A DNA stretch of 64,000 nucleotides, taken from Callorhinchus milii (Eukaryota). The notes under the pieces were generated by a model that saw only the letters and a program-made list of their open reading frames with translations, did no database searches and was not told where the DNA came from. A program made the translations under genes and the position numbers. This document shows, one piece after another, positions 49,385 through 63,115 of the stretch; the stretch's first letter is position 1, and each line of letters begins with the position of its first letter. The stretch covers positions 9,114,001 to 9,178,000 of the forward strand of contig NW_024704759.1 in the NCBI RefSeq assembly GCF_018977255.1, in the 5' to 3' direction.

Positions 49385-51169
49385 AGCACTGTATTGTTTA
49401 CAGACAACAAGCCCACTCTTCCTAACCTCAACACTTCAGACTAGGTACCTGTACTGATTTGTGTCAGGGCATCACGCCAATTTATGAATATTAATTATTT
49501 AGGCATGATCTTTACTGCATTATATTTTAATTATTCTTTCAAACCTAATGAACACCGTTTCTCAACAGGAGCATCTTGAGGGAAAAATAGGTACGCATAA
49601 ACCTTTACTTTATTTCCCAGAGAGAAACGTTGATGTGCCAAACAAATGCTCCTTTAATGTGCTGAATAAAGAGGACACCATGCGAGGGTTTTGTGTCATA
49701 TTTAGGAACCTGAAAGAAGCACACTGCACTCACTCCGTCCTAATCCCCGCTTTCCTTGTGCGTCGAGATAATGGCAGTATTCAAGCTGAAAGGAAAAAAA
49801 GCAAGGTGGATTTGAAGAAATGCCAGGTGCTATTGATTTTGCTTTTAATAAATTGGAATAATGTTCGAGGATAAAGTAATAGCTTGATTTTCTAAAAACT
49901 TCTCAAAATGATTTCCTGATGATGTTACTGAGGCAATTGGAGGAATGTTTGCAATATTTGTTTTAGTGTTTCTGCCCCTATGAGTTATTTCTTGTAGATG
50001 TAGATAATGACATTATAAATCTTACTCTCAGGCAATTACTAAATGCTGGCACAGCCTATTCCCCACTGGGTGATAGTTTCAGCCAGTCTACATATTACTG
50101 CTACACTTGCCTTGGTCATTAAGAACTAATCTTGGATTTATGGCAAGTCCTTAAAGTTCACAGCACTTTAATAATAAAAAGCAAAAAAGGAATAGTAGGC
50201 AGGTGGTTACAAAAGGATATAACAATGAGCATCATTCCTGGTTCCAGCGGGACGGACTGTAATATGTTTAGAAAATTGTCGCACATGAATCTAAAGACCT
50301 ATTTTACAACGCTTCAAGACTACATTTTAATTGACTTTAGCCAAATTACTTGACTTTTGATCTGATGCTTTGCCTTTTGCTAGGTTGCAGTGGGATTTCT
50401 TCTAGAGTAAGGAGGGGGCGGGGGGTTTTGGAGGGTTGGGGGGTGTGAGTGTGGATAAGTTAAATCTAATAACACATTCAGTGTAAATGTTTCACTGTAT
50501 CCTTGCAATGCACCTAAGTACAATGCATTTTGAAACGTGCAACTGTGTTCTCTATAGAATGCCTGTGTGTACAGGATAGATCGGTAGCTAACTGGAGTGA
50601 AGCAATTTGACACTTATTCCTGGGAACACAGGTTTAATTCAGTCTTAATCTGAGTTAGTCTGGACTGCATCATTCAGACGTTGCAGTTTAACATAAATGA
50701 TTCATTCTGATTAAATCTAAATAAAATCTGTCCCTATAAATGACGATGAAAGGAACACTCTAAGACTGCCTTTCAAAGGATGCATGTCAGCATTTATTGA
50801 TGCACAAAGATTAAGAATGCACACAAGGAGAACAGATCTGCAAATTGCCTGATACCAGTATTGAAAGTCATTCTCCTGAAAAGGCTCCTTTGAAGGATTA
50901 TATGGTGTGATTTTTTAAATGATCAGAAATCAGACTTTTATCTTGCCTTTCTCATAATGGTAATATTAATCAATTTGTTATATAGAGAGCAGTTGGATGC
51001 TAGCAATTTCCCTGTTAACTCAGGCCATAGCTCCAAATGGCATTCCAGATGAGGTCAGTAGTCTGAATGAAAGTTCGGGATGTATGATTTTGATGGGCTT
51101 GGTCAACTCTCAGTAACTTTCAATTCTAGAGATGTCGACGACTGTTTGTATCCCTCATGTGAATGATAC

Positions 51170-51288
51170 TAATAATAATCCTTGCATTTTTGCATTTGAT
51201 ATAGCGCCTTTTCACGTCGTTGAGACGTCTCAAAGTGCTTCACAGGATGCGCTGTAAAGTGGACTTGACAATGTATTTTGTGGGACAA
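51170..51288 (-). mobile_element. SINE tail
   Basis: ttgcatttgatatagcgccttttcacgtcgttgagacgtctcaaagtgcttcacagg, with a ttgcattt duplication. Confidence 0.85.
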
Positions 51289-51779
51289 AGTGTTCACATT
51301 TTCCTCAAACTCGCTCATCAATAATCATAATTCTGTTATTATGGAATTGTCCAATAGGATTATAATTTTCTAATTTAGAGTATTATCATACAGAGTTATC
51401 TGGAATCAACTGACCAGCTTTTGATTCTCTGCTAACTGTGGTTAAGGTAGGAAAACTGCAACTGTTGGTACATTTGTGTAACTGTATTTCATGACATTCA
51501 TCAACAGAAAAGCTCTGAATGATGATGTTTTGAGGAATATAAAAAGCGAAGTTTGGAGGTTAAAATGAGCTGAGCTTGAGCATTGACTGGATCATGGATA
51601 ATTACCTGGGACAGTAACAATACTTCAATTTTGCCATACATACTCCAGAATAATTATTAGAAAAGGCAATGAAACATTTTTTCATGTCATCCTTGATAAA
51701 TAACACTGATCCCCAGCTTGCTTGTTGATAGACAAGAATCACCTTGACAGGATGTATTAAAAAGGGATGGATATATATT

Positions 51780-52000
51780 TACACAGCATTGAGATTATTG
51801 CTTGTGAGGAAGACATTCTCTGCATAAAAAAACGTCGATTGGCAAAGGAAATGAAAAGACACAACACGACTACAATATTTACCCACAGGGTAATAAATAA
51901 CTGGAACAAGGTTGCCAGGAAGGGTGGTTGAGGTTAGGACCAAGGACTCATTTAAAAAGTGGCTTAATGTTGTGATGGGTATACACTTGAGGGGAGTCTG
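51780..52000 (+). mobile_element. CR1 3' fragment
   Basis: tttacccacagggtaataaataactggaacaaggttgccaggaagggtggttgagg (FTHRVINNWN...LPGRVVE, frameshifted). Confidence 0.7.
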
Positions 52001-53104
52001 TTTAGATCCAGACTTCTCTACCTCAGAGACAAAGCCAGTGTATTATCCTTNAAAAAAATGTTGAGGGACTAGAAATAGAACATCTGAAGCATTTTTTTCA
52101 TTCAACTCTTCTCAATTCATTAACTTTTGCCATTTGCTTTGCTGGTTACATTTCTCCAGATCATACCTGTTACCATGTTAACAGCACAGGTTAGATACAG
52201 TAACCTGTAGTCAGAAAAATCCTACTAAAATGACTGCACGTTACAGATAATAAAATGGGAAATTATTTAAGTCATTGGCAAAGCAAATTGGTACAAGTCA
52301 TTATTAGTAATATTTCACTGCAAGTAAGTAATAAATGTACACAGTATTCCAAAATGTAGTTTGTTTACATAACAGGAAGTGGCCATCAAAGATGAATCGG
52401 GTCATAGCGGGTTCTTCCCATGTTTCTGTAAAGTGCGTCACCAATATACCTTTACCAATGGGATATTCTACTATTTACATAGGCGTTGTTGGGCTTGGTT
52501 TAATTCTTGACAGACTCTACAGGAGGTGCTGACTGTTAAGTGATAATTTATGTGTGTTATTCTTGTTTTCAGTTTCCCCACCGGCAATAAGTCACACCAC
52601 TGCAATTACCAGCAATGCCCAAAGAATGAAATGTGTTGTGCTGCACAGTAACTCCTAAAGACATAATGTCATTGGAGAGGATTCAATCGAACATTTTTTA
52701 TTTGTTCAATTTCATCACCCACCAGTGAAATCAGCGAAGAAATTAACAGGAAGAAGATTCCTGGGAACTTTTTTTTAACATCGTGATTGGTTTCCGGGTA
52801 GCACTTTAGATTCTGAATTTTACCTCAACCAGAACATATCCTCCATACCGGCACGTAAGCATTGGTGTAAAATACAGTAATAATAACAATAATGATCCTT
52901 TCATTTGATAGAGCACCTTTCACATCAGGAAGGACATCTTAAAGTGCTCCACAGGAGACAGTGTATAAGTGTGTAAATGAACTTGCATTGGTTCTGTTAG
53001 TCACTGAAACTAAAGCTCTAATGGATAGCTGGACAAATACAGTAAAACTTATCAGGGCTTCAATTACCATTAAGTGGATCAACTGTGTGTTTTATGAGCG
53101 AAAC

Positions 53105-53349
53105 GCTATGGCACTATTTGAAAAGACAAGGAGTTTCTCCTGGTGTCCTGCTAACAATCTGGATTTTAAAAAAAGTAATTTTCTTCATTGGCTGTTTATA
53201 GGACATTGTTTCATGCAAATTGGCTGCTGTGTTTACCCACAGATATACACCACAACACTTTCCAGCCAACTCTGTGAAATTCTTTGAGATATTTTGACAC
53301 AATAATGCGCTACATCAAATGCAAAAGTAATTATTATTATTATTATTAT
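53105..53349 (+). mobile_element. Deu SINE 3' half
   Basis: atggcactatttgaaaag...ggagtttctcctggtgtcctg...gcaaattggctgc...caaatgcaaaag(att)n. Confidence 0.8.
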
Positions 53350-55227
53350 GAATCGGCTCAAATTGAGCTAGATTGTGCTTTAATGCTCATTGCTAAGTGG
53401 GATGCTCACAGACGATAAAGCAGGGCCATGAGCCTTTATTGCACCATATCCAGTGTACAGTAATCTCCAGAGAGCTATGGACTGCAGTGTCTCTGAGTGT
53501 CTGGGTGGTAAAATCTCACCACAAACAATATGTATCTCATTGCAAACGGACAAAGTTGCTACTGTTTAACTACAGATTATGAGCTTTACTGGTCCTTAAT
53601 ATGGTAAGTACCCAAATCAAGTTTTGCTCTTTAATATCTATATCTGGGAAAGTGAACCAAGAGGGTGGAAGAGAAGGGGTTTATATAGTAGTCGAAAGTA
53701 TAATTGACTCATTTTATTATCAGACTGAACATATTAGTCAAAACAATAACTTTAAGTGGGATATGACATTGCCAGGGAGGTTTCATGAAAAAAATTGAAA
53801 CAGGCGTGGAAACAGACAAGCAATTAAACTTTAAAAAAATCAATGAAGAAACGATTGTGTATGAAGCCATAAAATGAAACCAGAGAGTTGTAGACCAGTG
53901 AGTGAGAAGGGATTAAAAAAATTAACTCGCTGGTAAGTGCTATTCAAAGGCAATATATTTATGATATTAATGGTTAAGCCAATTCGCACCTTGGCTCCAA
54001 TAGGAAATAAAATAGAATAAATGATGTAGAAATAAGTGGTGGAATGATCTTGGATGCCTTGGAAGAAAGTGGATTGTGATATGAAATGGAATCAGGAGTG
54101 TGTTTCATTGATGTAAAGATTTTAATTGGAGCTGGTTAACTCTGAGCCACCTGTGTGCACGTGATTCACTTGAGCCACTTACAAAAAACAGTTTAACTGA
54201 TCGTCGCATGAGGTGGACTGTGATGAATTGCATTATCAGGCAGCTGGAAATGATTTGAATTTGATGCCTTTATTGTGTTGAAATCATAAATGTTAGACCT
54301 TTTAGATGTTTGGAGTGCAGTTCGTTTCCTGCAAATTATGTTCTTCACACGATCTGCCTTACACAGTGTTATTTGAAGGTGTTTACACAGCACCAATGCG
54401 TTTAGCTGGAGAACTAAGTGGATTACAATGCACCTCTGTCTGTGAAGTGATTTTATGGAAATTATTTTGTTACAAGCAACGTATATCTTTCAATAGTACC
54501 TCACAGTACTTAAAGCACAATAGAGCAAATAACCCACACATTGTTATTGAGCCAATTCATCTTAATTCAATACATGGGCAATTTAGTTCCTAATTCAGCT
54601 ACTTGAAGCAAAGCTAGCTGTCCCTTTAAGAAATAAGGTGTCTCATGTGCTGTGCAATTTTATGCATCTGTTGTGAATTTTATCAGCTGGCAAAATAGAA
54701 GCTACAGTCACAGCAACAGATGTACTTATTTTTAAAGTTGTAATATTTTAAGAGCAGGCCATTGTGACAGATTGCAAATCTATTGAAATGAACAGCGCTC
54801 GGTTATTTTATTTAAAAATGAGCCACAGAAAGACGTTAGTTATGTTTGCTAACAAGAACAATGTGTCAGAGCTGATGGGTTGGAAGCCATGCGGTAAGGC
54901 AGGAGGGGGTAACCATGGAGGAGGTGGTGTGTCCATTTATTTCTCAGAGGTATCACGGGGAGAGAAATGTATGGATTGGTCATTATCCTTGTTTATTGGC
55001 TTAGATGAAAATGAGCAGTTTCATTTATACTAAACTGCACAAGTAAAGTCTACCGCTGCAACTTCTGTAGATTTCTAATTTGAAATTCTCCTCTGGTGTT
55101 GGGAAGCCCTTCAAATATTTACCTTTGACTGATGCCAAAATTCAGATTGGTCGTTCTTTACTTGTAGCTGGTTGATTGCATGTTTGCCAAGAATATAGTT
55201 CACAAAAAAAGCAAGGATTATTAATAA

Positions 55228-55510
55228 CCGAGATCCTATCTACCTGTTCAGGTTTGGAAAGATCCCATGGCACGATTCGAAAAGAGAGGTTTTTTTTCTC
55301 CTAGTGTCGAGGCCAACAATCTCCCTGAATAAAATTGGGCATTCACTTCATGGCTATTTGTAGGACATTGCTGTGTGAAAATTGGCAGCTGCGTTCGTCT
55401 GCAAAATACACAGTCACTACAGTTTATAGTATATCTTGTGAAGCGCTTTGAGGCCTCTTCCCGACCCAATGTGAAAGGCGCTATATCAAATGCAAGGATT
55501 ATTATTATTA
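55228..55510 (+). mobile_element. Deu SINE 3' half
   Basis: aaagatcccatggcac...ttgctgtgtgaaaattggcagctgcg...gtgaaaggcgctatatcaaatgcaagg(att)n. Confidence 0.85.
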
Positions 55511-58500
55511 CAAACATTTCTGCAGTCTTACCAGTAGATTAAGACCCTTTTCTGATATCAATCTCAGCCACAGGGAGACCATATTTGACAGTCGATTCAT
55601 CCTTATCTGGATAAAAGCTTGTTCCTCTCTTGTCATGATTTCGAACAAGATGTCAGAAACTTCAACATTTGAATGAATTGTTTATTTTTACAGTATTAAG
55701 CATCAGCAGTGAAGTCTGTAGGGCCAGAGCACCTTTGGCACGGTTGTGGAAAAATAGTTTTAAAAATGCATCTTTTTAATGTATTTTAATGATTTGGTGT
55801 GCAAAAAAAAACCTTAGTTAGAGGCCTCAGAGAGTTAATCAAGCCTGACACTTTTTTTTGCATCTATTGTCGATAAACTGCATTTTTTATCAGAATTGGT
55901 GAGTTTCGGTGTCCTAGTGATTTTCCTGAGATAATTTGAGTTTTTTTTGCATTGCAAAGAACCTTTGAGAGTCAATTTAAGTGGCTTTAAGTAAGATATA
56001 ATCAGCAAAGAGTGTGAAATAAAGTCTTTGTCTCATCACATTAATGCCAGCACTTAAAGTGGCAGTTTATCAAGAGATACCGCACAAGGTTTTAATGAGC
56101 ATGCTGCCTGTTCATGTACAGCACTAATTAATCCCATTTTTTCCTCCAAGACGTGATTACTTCTTGAAAACCCCCATTGTTTTCTGCTCAGTGGTGAAGC
56201 ACCTCACACAATTTTAATCTTCTGGCTGAGTTGGATTCTGACAACTGAATTATATCTTACTGAAAATAATTGCAGGTATCAGCTAATAAATCTAGCACAT
56301 CACAAATAAATACACTTAACCAAGCCTGCCAAAAGAAGGTTTGATATTTGGATAAAGCAGTATTTCATTAGGCATTTCTACAAGAATGCGCTGTTTGTCG
56401 AACGATATAAAAACATAATTAATGCTAACTCGCCAGGCTTTTTTCCCCACATGCACAATGGCTTCTAAGTAGCAACAGATATAAAAGGCTACTTTTTCTG
56501 TTTTAATGATAGGAAAAACCAACATAAGATTTGAGTTAAGATGCATGTATTATACAAAACAGAGCTGCCTGCAGCCTATAGCTGTTTTCCCAGTCAGCTA
56601 TCTCCTCCTAAGCTTTTGATCTCTGTGTCTTCCAGATTTCCCTCTGTTTTCACTCCACTCACCTCAGTACGTGATATTTTACAACAGAAAGCCTTCATAT
56701 TACCATTAACAGCACAACCATATTATCTTGGCATTACTTGAAAGAGAAGGGAGTTGCTCCCAGTGTCCTGGCCAACAAGCCCACCAAATAAAACCAGTCA
56801 TTCACTGCATGGCTATTTGTGGGTCAGTGTTATGGGCAAATTCACTGCTGCAGTCGCCCATAAAATACACGAGACTAACCTCCAGATGCCTAGAAATAGG
56901 CATCAATGTCAGCTGACCCCAGTTTGTGGCTACAAAGCTAAACACAACAACTTGCGTTTGTATTAGCCCTTCACTCAGGATAGCATCAGAGATTTGAGTG
57001 TATAAAGTCTCAAATGTGTCACCATTCTTCTCTTCCAGATTGTTCAAGTCCTGTTGTCACTTCAGGCAAACTTCAGGAATCTTCTTTTAGAATCATTCAT
57101 ATCCCTCTGAGTAGAACAGTCATTTGAAAGGCATTGGCTTGTGATCGTATATTGCATATGCACTTTGGAGTAATAGCTTACTTCTTCAAAAAACATCCCA
57201 AGCTTTGGTTTCATCAATTTATATGATATTGTATTTGTCTGTATAGTTCCTCACATAGATTTTATGTTACGGTATGGAGTTAACTGGTTTAACATGTTTC
57301 GTTTTACATGAATACACAGTGGAAAGGAATAATACAGCTGTAGCATTCATTCTTAACTGCTTGACTGCCATTGCTTTTGTAGCTATAAACATGCGGCCCC
57401 AGATTGATCAAAAGCAATGGGTGGGAGTCTGCCAAGACCTGGAAGAGTAATGATACAGAAACTGTTTATCCATTGAATGTGTGTAGTCGTGATACATTAG
57501 CAAACAAATTTCCCAATTCGTTTAATATGTTTTTTTAACACACAAGGATTCACATCAAGGCAACTCTTTTCAAAAGCACATGATATCTGGGTCCCAAATA
57601 TGCCATTCACTATGTTGTTGATGGGGAACTGAGGTTCACTGATTCTGGGCGCATCAATGGGGGTTAGATCATTCCTCAGTTTGTTTTATAGATATATATA
57701 TATGGGTGCAGTTTTTCTACAACCCCCTGCGTTCACTTTGTTTTTACACCATTCATAGTCACAAAGATAGACAGGCAATGTGTTGTTCAGTTCGTGCAAC
57801 TGGAAAATGGCTTCTGAAAAATGTGCAGTGGATGTGGGATGAGGTGCATTGTTGAGAGAATTTCTAAAACTGCCATTTAGCTGCAGATTATTCACAAACT
57901 GATTCAAATGGAATCAAACCACAAGACGCCTAAGGGTACTGGTGCCTGGATTCCACTTTGTTTACTTTGCAGGATGCAATCCAGTACACTGGATTACATT
58001 ACTCAGAAACAACTATATATGTAAAGTTAAGGCAGCAGCTGCTAATAGCTAAGGAGGCCAAAATAATAAGAGTATGGGCTACTGTAACCCATGATGCTTT
58101 TTTGCTCGGTTCTCAAATCGGAGAACAGTATGTTTGGTGCATGAAATGTCTTTCTCTTGTTCTTTGCTTTGTTACATTCTCAAAGCCGAATTCCACATGT
58201 TGACTGGTGTCTGACTGCCCATGAAATTCTAATATTTGGAATTATTTACTGAGTGTCTACATTTGGAACATAACAAAACATGGACTGTGAGAAAAGGTCA
58301 TGGGTCCCAGCAAACCTATGCCTTTCACAGATTACTGCAAGATTTTCCTTATTGTGCGCTTCACAACACTATGAGGCATGTCTCAAAACATACCTCTTTG
58401 ACCAGGCTTTCGGTCATGTTACTACTCCTCTCCCTTCTTCCCGTGAGTCCCATCTCTAGGTCAGGTTCCCAGTGTGAAGCACTTTGAGATGTCCTCCCAA

Positions 58501-58599
58501 CATGAAAAATAATCTATAAATAATATATCTAAATAAATATATTACTATATTTATAGAAATAAATTATATTGCATTGTATTGCACTCTGTTTCCTGGGGT

Positions 58600-59545
58600 A
58601 ATATTCTCCACCAATACTCCCTAATCCCTAAACCTAATGGAGCAAAGGATTCATCCATCTTCATATCTCCATTATTGATACTTGGCTTTTTCCCCAAGAC
58701 AGAGCCCTCCATCCCACTTATAGTTCACAGCAACATGGAAACCAAATGTGACCCAATGTTGAGTCACCCCAATCTGACTTATCCTTATAAACCTCTAACA
58801 CTGTTCCTAACTAGAAACATTTTTGTTTTTGAAGGAGTTAATTGCCATAGCATCAGACTTTTTGTTGGGGAGTCTGTTCCCTGTGTCTACTGCTCTGTTG
58901 GAAAATCAATTTCTCTTATCTCGAATCCCACTTGAGGTTTTTACATTTTAGTTTCTTCTTTTGGTCTAAATCTGCCTGCATTGAGATCATTCATCCTCTC
59001 ATCATTTTAAAGACTTGGATCACATTCCCTCTCAATCTTCTGTTTCCCAGTGAAAACAAGATCAGCCCTGTGAGACTTTCTTATGACTAAAAGCTCAAAC
59101 AGTTTTTCTTGTTGCTCTTTGCAGGTCCTTTGCAATGTGACAATGACCTCTTGCCCCAAATCACACACAATATTCCATCTCACCTTTGATCTATAGAAAA
59201 TTAGGGTCTAATGTGCTTAACATGCAATTTACTGTTTGATTAATTATCGTTGATACAAGATTCCCATTGACCAAAGTTTTAGTGAATGATCAATAATCAG
59301 ACTCGAGTCTTCCACCTTCTCCACCTCTGCTAATGGATAGCCCTTAATTGTATTCACATGGTAATCTTTCTTTCAAAATGAATTGGCCTTGCATTTGTTT
59401 CTATTAAAATCTATTTGTCACTCCTTGGCCCATCTACTTAATTGGGTCCGAATCATTAGTATTTTATATTAGTATCTTATCGAATGGCGGGGCAGACTCT
59501 AGGGGCCGAATGGCCTAATCCTGCTTCTAATTCTTATGTTCTTAT
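58600..59545. mobile_element. Degenerate CR1 (minus, about 58600-59450) plus a younger CR1 tail (plus, 59482-59545)
   Basis: gatcacattccctctcaatcttc (reverse complement of RLRGxxI); tail ggggccgaatggcctaatcctgcttctaattcttatgttcttat. Confidence 0.6.
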
Positions 59546-59920
59546 TTATCTTCCTTGTAATATTCACCTGATCATATAACTTGGTATATTGTACACATGC
59601 ATGAATAGTGCCGGATATATCAAGAGCATGAGTACTTTAATCAAATTGCTCCCTATTTATGGGGAAAATCTGAGCAATGCCCTTTATTGCTTATCTAGTA
59701 TACGAAGCCTTGAAATGTACATGGAAGCCCAGAGGAAAAATTATTCCAGTATTTAAGATCCAGTCTGTGCTCCAATTGAGTCGGTTAATTGCTTTTTTTA
59801 ATACATTGTCATTCTGTTTCATCTACAAACAGCAATGGGGTGGGGAGTGGAAGGGAGTCAGAATCACAGTCTTTATTGTGACGTGTACTGTCCATTTCAA
59901 AACAAGCTGAATGCTTGACA

Positions 59921-60045
59921 TAATAATAATATTAATAATAATAATCCTTGTATTTGATATAGCGCCTTATCATGTGTTCCAGATGCCTCAAAACGCTTCA
60001 CAGAATATACTGTAAAGTGAATTCACTGTATATTTTGTGGACAAA
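59921..60045 (-). mobile_element. SINE tail
   Basis: (aat)n ccttgtatttgatatagcgcctt...gcttcacagaatatactgtaaagtgaa. Confidence 0.85.
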
Positions 60046-62739
60046 ACAAAACAACAGACAATAAATCTTTGGACTGGACAGAAGGGGAGTGTGCGAGGAG
60101 GAGGGAGAAGATGACCTTGAACCATTCTTTGGCTCGTTGTTGAAAACACAGTTGCTTGAAGTCAAGCTCCCCGTTGATAGTCACAGATTTTGCGCTTGCT
60201 CTTCCATCTATTTCATCCCTGGCCTTGGTAAAATTCTACCAGTGGAGTCCTGATATAATAAACATTTCGTGTCAGTTGAGTTTCATTGAATTTGAATTTT
60301 TTTCAAGTGGAAATCAAACTCCGCAGGCAAACAGTTTGTTTATTACTGCTGTTGACCTCCCCTCTTCACCTCTGATTCCTGTCAATAGTGGAGCTGGAAA
60401 CGGCGGGGCTCAGAAGGTTAGATCATTACCAGCTGTAAACAACCTGCGCGGTTGTGGAATTCAGCCGTCACTGGGAAAAGTAATTAACTGGAAATGAACG
60501 GATTTCAGAAGTGAGATATTTTAATGTCAAAGCTATTTTTTACATATGAAAAAAAATTGGTCAAAAGTAATTATTGACACTGCAGCTCACAGCCAGCGGT
60601 TTGATTTGCAGTGTTTCCTCTCTCTATGATGGAAATTCCTGTAGTGTACAGAACTCTGGTTAATGGAGATAAATACGCTTGTCCATTTACTTGCAGAAAG
60701 TGAGGAGACTCCGGATTAATAATGGAGTCTAACGGGTTTGCGATCAGATTTGAGGCTTTTATTTCAGATTCAAGGTAAGCGACTTAAAACAACCGCAGCC
60801 ATTTCAAGATTTTATGGCCAATTAATTATGCTCAGTGAGGAATTATTCAGGCTGGGGTGAAGAACCTTATGAACTCTTGATTCTTATTTCCTTCTTATTT
60901 CTCTGTCCTTGTCAGGATTGTACATGCACAATTCCCTGCTGAAATAAAAAAAAGTGCTCTCTGAATCTCCATCTATGAAGGAACAAAATACCTGGGTGAT
61001 TAATGGAGACAGACTTAAAATACTGTATGACCTGCCCGCGTCAAGCTAGTCAATTTCTGCTGACATCAGCAGGAAGGTTTGGAGGTTACAATTTACACTC
61101 GATTCCTGTTAGTGAGTAACCTGCTTGCTACAAAATGTTATTCACTTACGCAGCCTTCGCAGCCAAATACAGAAGTCAAAATGTACTGCCACTCAGTCTT
61201 TTGGATACTTATTGAACTGCAATTGAAGTGCTTATGATATATACTTCAACGTAATGCAGTTTGCTGGATGCTAAAATAATAAGTCATGTTATACAGCAGG
61301 TTCTTGCAATTCGAGCTATAAGGTGGATAACAGATATGATGTGGGGAAGCAGCAGACCGATGTAACTGCAACAGAAATGTTTCTCGTCACTTTGCTGGTA
61401 TATTTATTAAAGCAGAATTAAAGACTCCATCTCTAAATTCATCTTACCTGAAGAAAGATCCCTCGAGACTCCAATTTAAGAGTAATTCAGCCTCTTGCCA
61501 AAGATGCTGCAAATGTTTATTAGATTTGATACCACAAAAGGATATTATTTTGCAGTCATTGAACAGCTTTGATGAACTTGCATCATAACGATCAATTCCA
61601 GTGTATTTTAAGCCGCACATCTTTTCTAACCTCATTTCCAGATCAGGCTTATGTTTCCAGCTTTGCTCTGTTCATAATCGTTTTATTATAAAACTACGCC
61701 TGCTCCAGAAAGAGTAAGAGAGGACCAACTGTTTCTCCTTGTCTTCAGGATGTGCAGTGCTTTTTGACCACAATCTTGGGAGGAAGGTGGGAGGGTGAGA
61801 AAGGACACTGAGAAAGCTCTTACTCCACATTTTTGTTGAACTTCAAAATGCAGAAGCAAGTGTCACTTTCGTGGGTCACTTGACCTACGTTTGAATATTT
61901 TTTGGTGGAAAACACATGCGGAAACCAGAAATGTATCCACAGCTTGTGCAGCATATTCATTAAAGTATGTTTATCACATTCATCACAATGCTGTACAAAT
62001 TGGCGGTTGAATAGTAGAACTTTGCCACAGTGTTGCACTCAGTATAGTAATAATAATCCTTGCATGTCAGAAAGGCATTTCAAAGCGCCTTACAGGATAT
62101 ACTGTAAAGTGCAGTGACTGTGTATTTTTTAGGTGAACAGAGGGAAAATCAGGTACAAAGGGAAAATCAAAGCTTAAATAGTGTATTACTTTGCTGCCAT
62201 ATTTGTGTATCACCACAAAACCACTTTTCTTGGTCTTTCACTCAACAACATTTCACTGTAAAATGATTAAATTCTAATTTCATTACACAGAACCTGCCTC
62301 TGGCATTATTGCCTTCAATTCTGTATTACTTTTGCAGTGTTTTAAGCAGTATTTTTTTAAAACGGGTGAGCCAATAACACAAGATATCTGTATTCTGATT
62401 CGAAATACCTGAAATAGAAATAGAAAACTGGTGTAAAGCCACTTTGTTTTCTGAATAAACTTGGGATTTGGCAATCTGTACCTTAAAATCCCATTCTCAT
62501 AGGATTAGTTTATATATATTTATCGTTGCATTCGGTGTCACATCATTGAAATATCTCTAAGGATTTTGCTGTGAACTGGAGTGACTGTAATTGGAGACAT
62601 AGCTAAATACAGAAGAAATGTTCTATGCTCTGTCCCCAATGATTCTTCATCCATCCAGCATCCCCATTTCAAATGAAGCTGTAAAGATATATTGATGGCA
62701 AACATTTTGTGCTGTGGTGCCACACCTTAAATCTTTATC

Positions 62740-63115
62740 TTGTGGGGTTCAAGCTCCAGGTTGGAACCATGAACTGACAGTCTATCCTGCCACTCCATTG
62801 CATTGCGGGGAGAATGGCTTCATTGTCCGAGGTATCAAACTTTGGGTGAGATGTGAGATGCCGTCTGCTTGTTTAAGTGGATGGTAAAGATCCTATCGCA
62901 CCTGTTCAAAAAAGAGAAGGGCATTTCTCATGGGGACCTGGCAAACAAACCCCCGGAGAAAACAAAATGGTCATTCCGATTATGGGGACGTTGCAGTGGG
63001 CAAATTGGCTGCTGCGTTCACCTGCAAATACACACTTTGCACGGCACTTTGCCCAAAACGATGAAGTGCTTTGAGATGCTTTGACATGATAAGGCACTAT
63101 TTTAAATGCAAGGAA
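62740..63115 (+). mobile_element. Deu-domain SINE type A
   Basis: ggggttcaagctcc B box, gtggatggtaaagatcc, gcaaattggctgctgcgttcacc, tail gataaggcactattttaaatgcaagg. Confidence 0.8.

Noticed and set aside
61447-61700. Possible minus-strand exon with a good donor (cag|gtaaga) and a 63-aa ORF
   Set aside because: No recognisable protein and no partner exons. Such sites are expected by chance.
3895-63115. Recurring peptide motif (KRFETSRRRDKALYQMQGLLL) in many ORFs and the recurring ~50-nt repeat
   Set aside because: Translation of the shared SINE tail. Copies are dispersed on both strands, so this is neither a protein family nor a CRISPR array.
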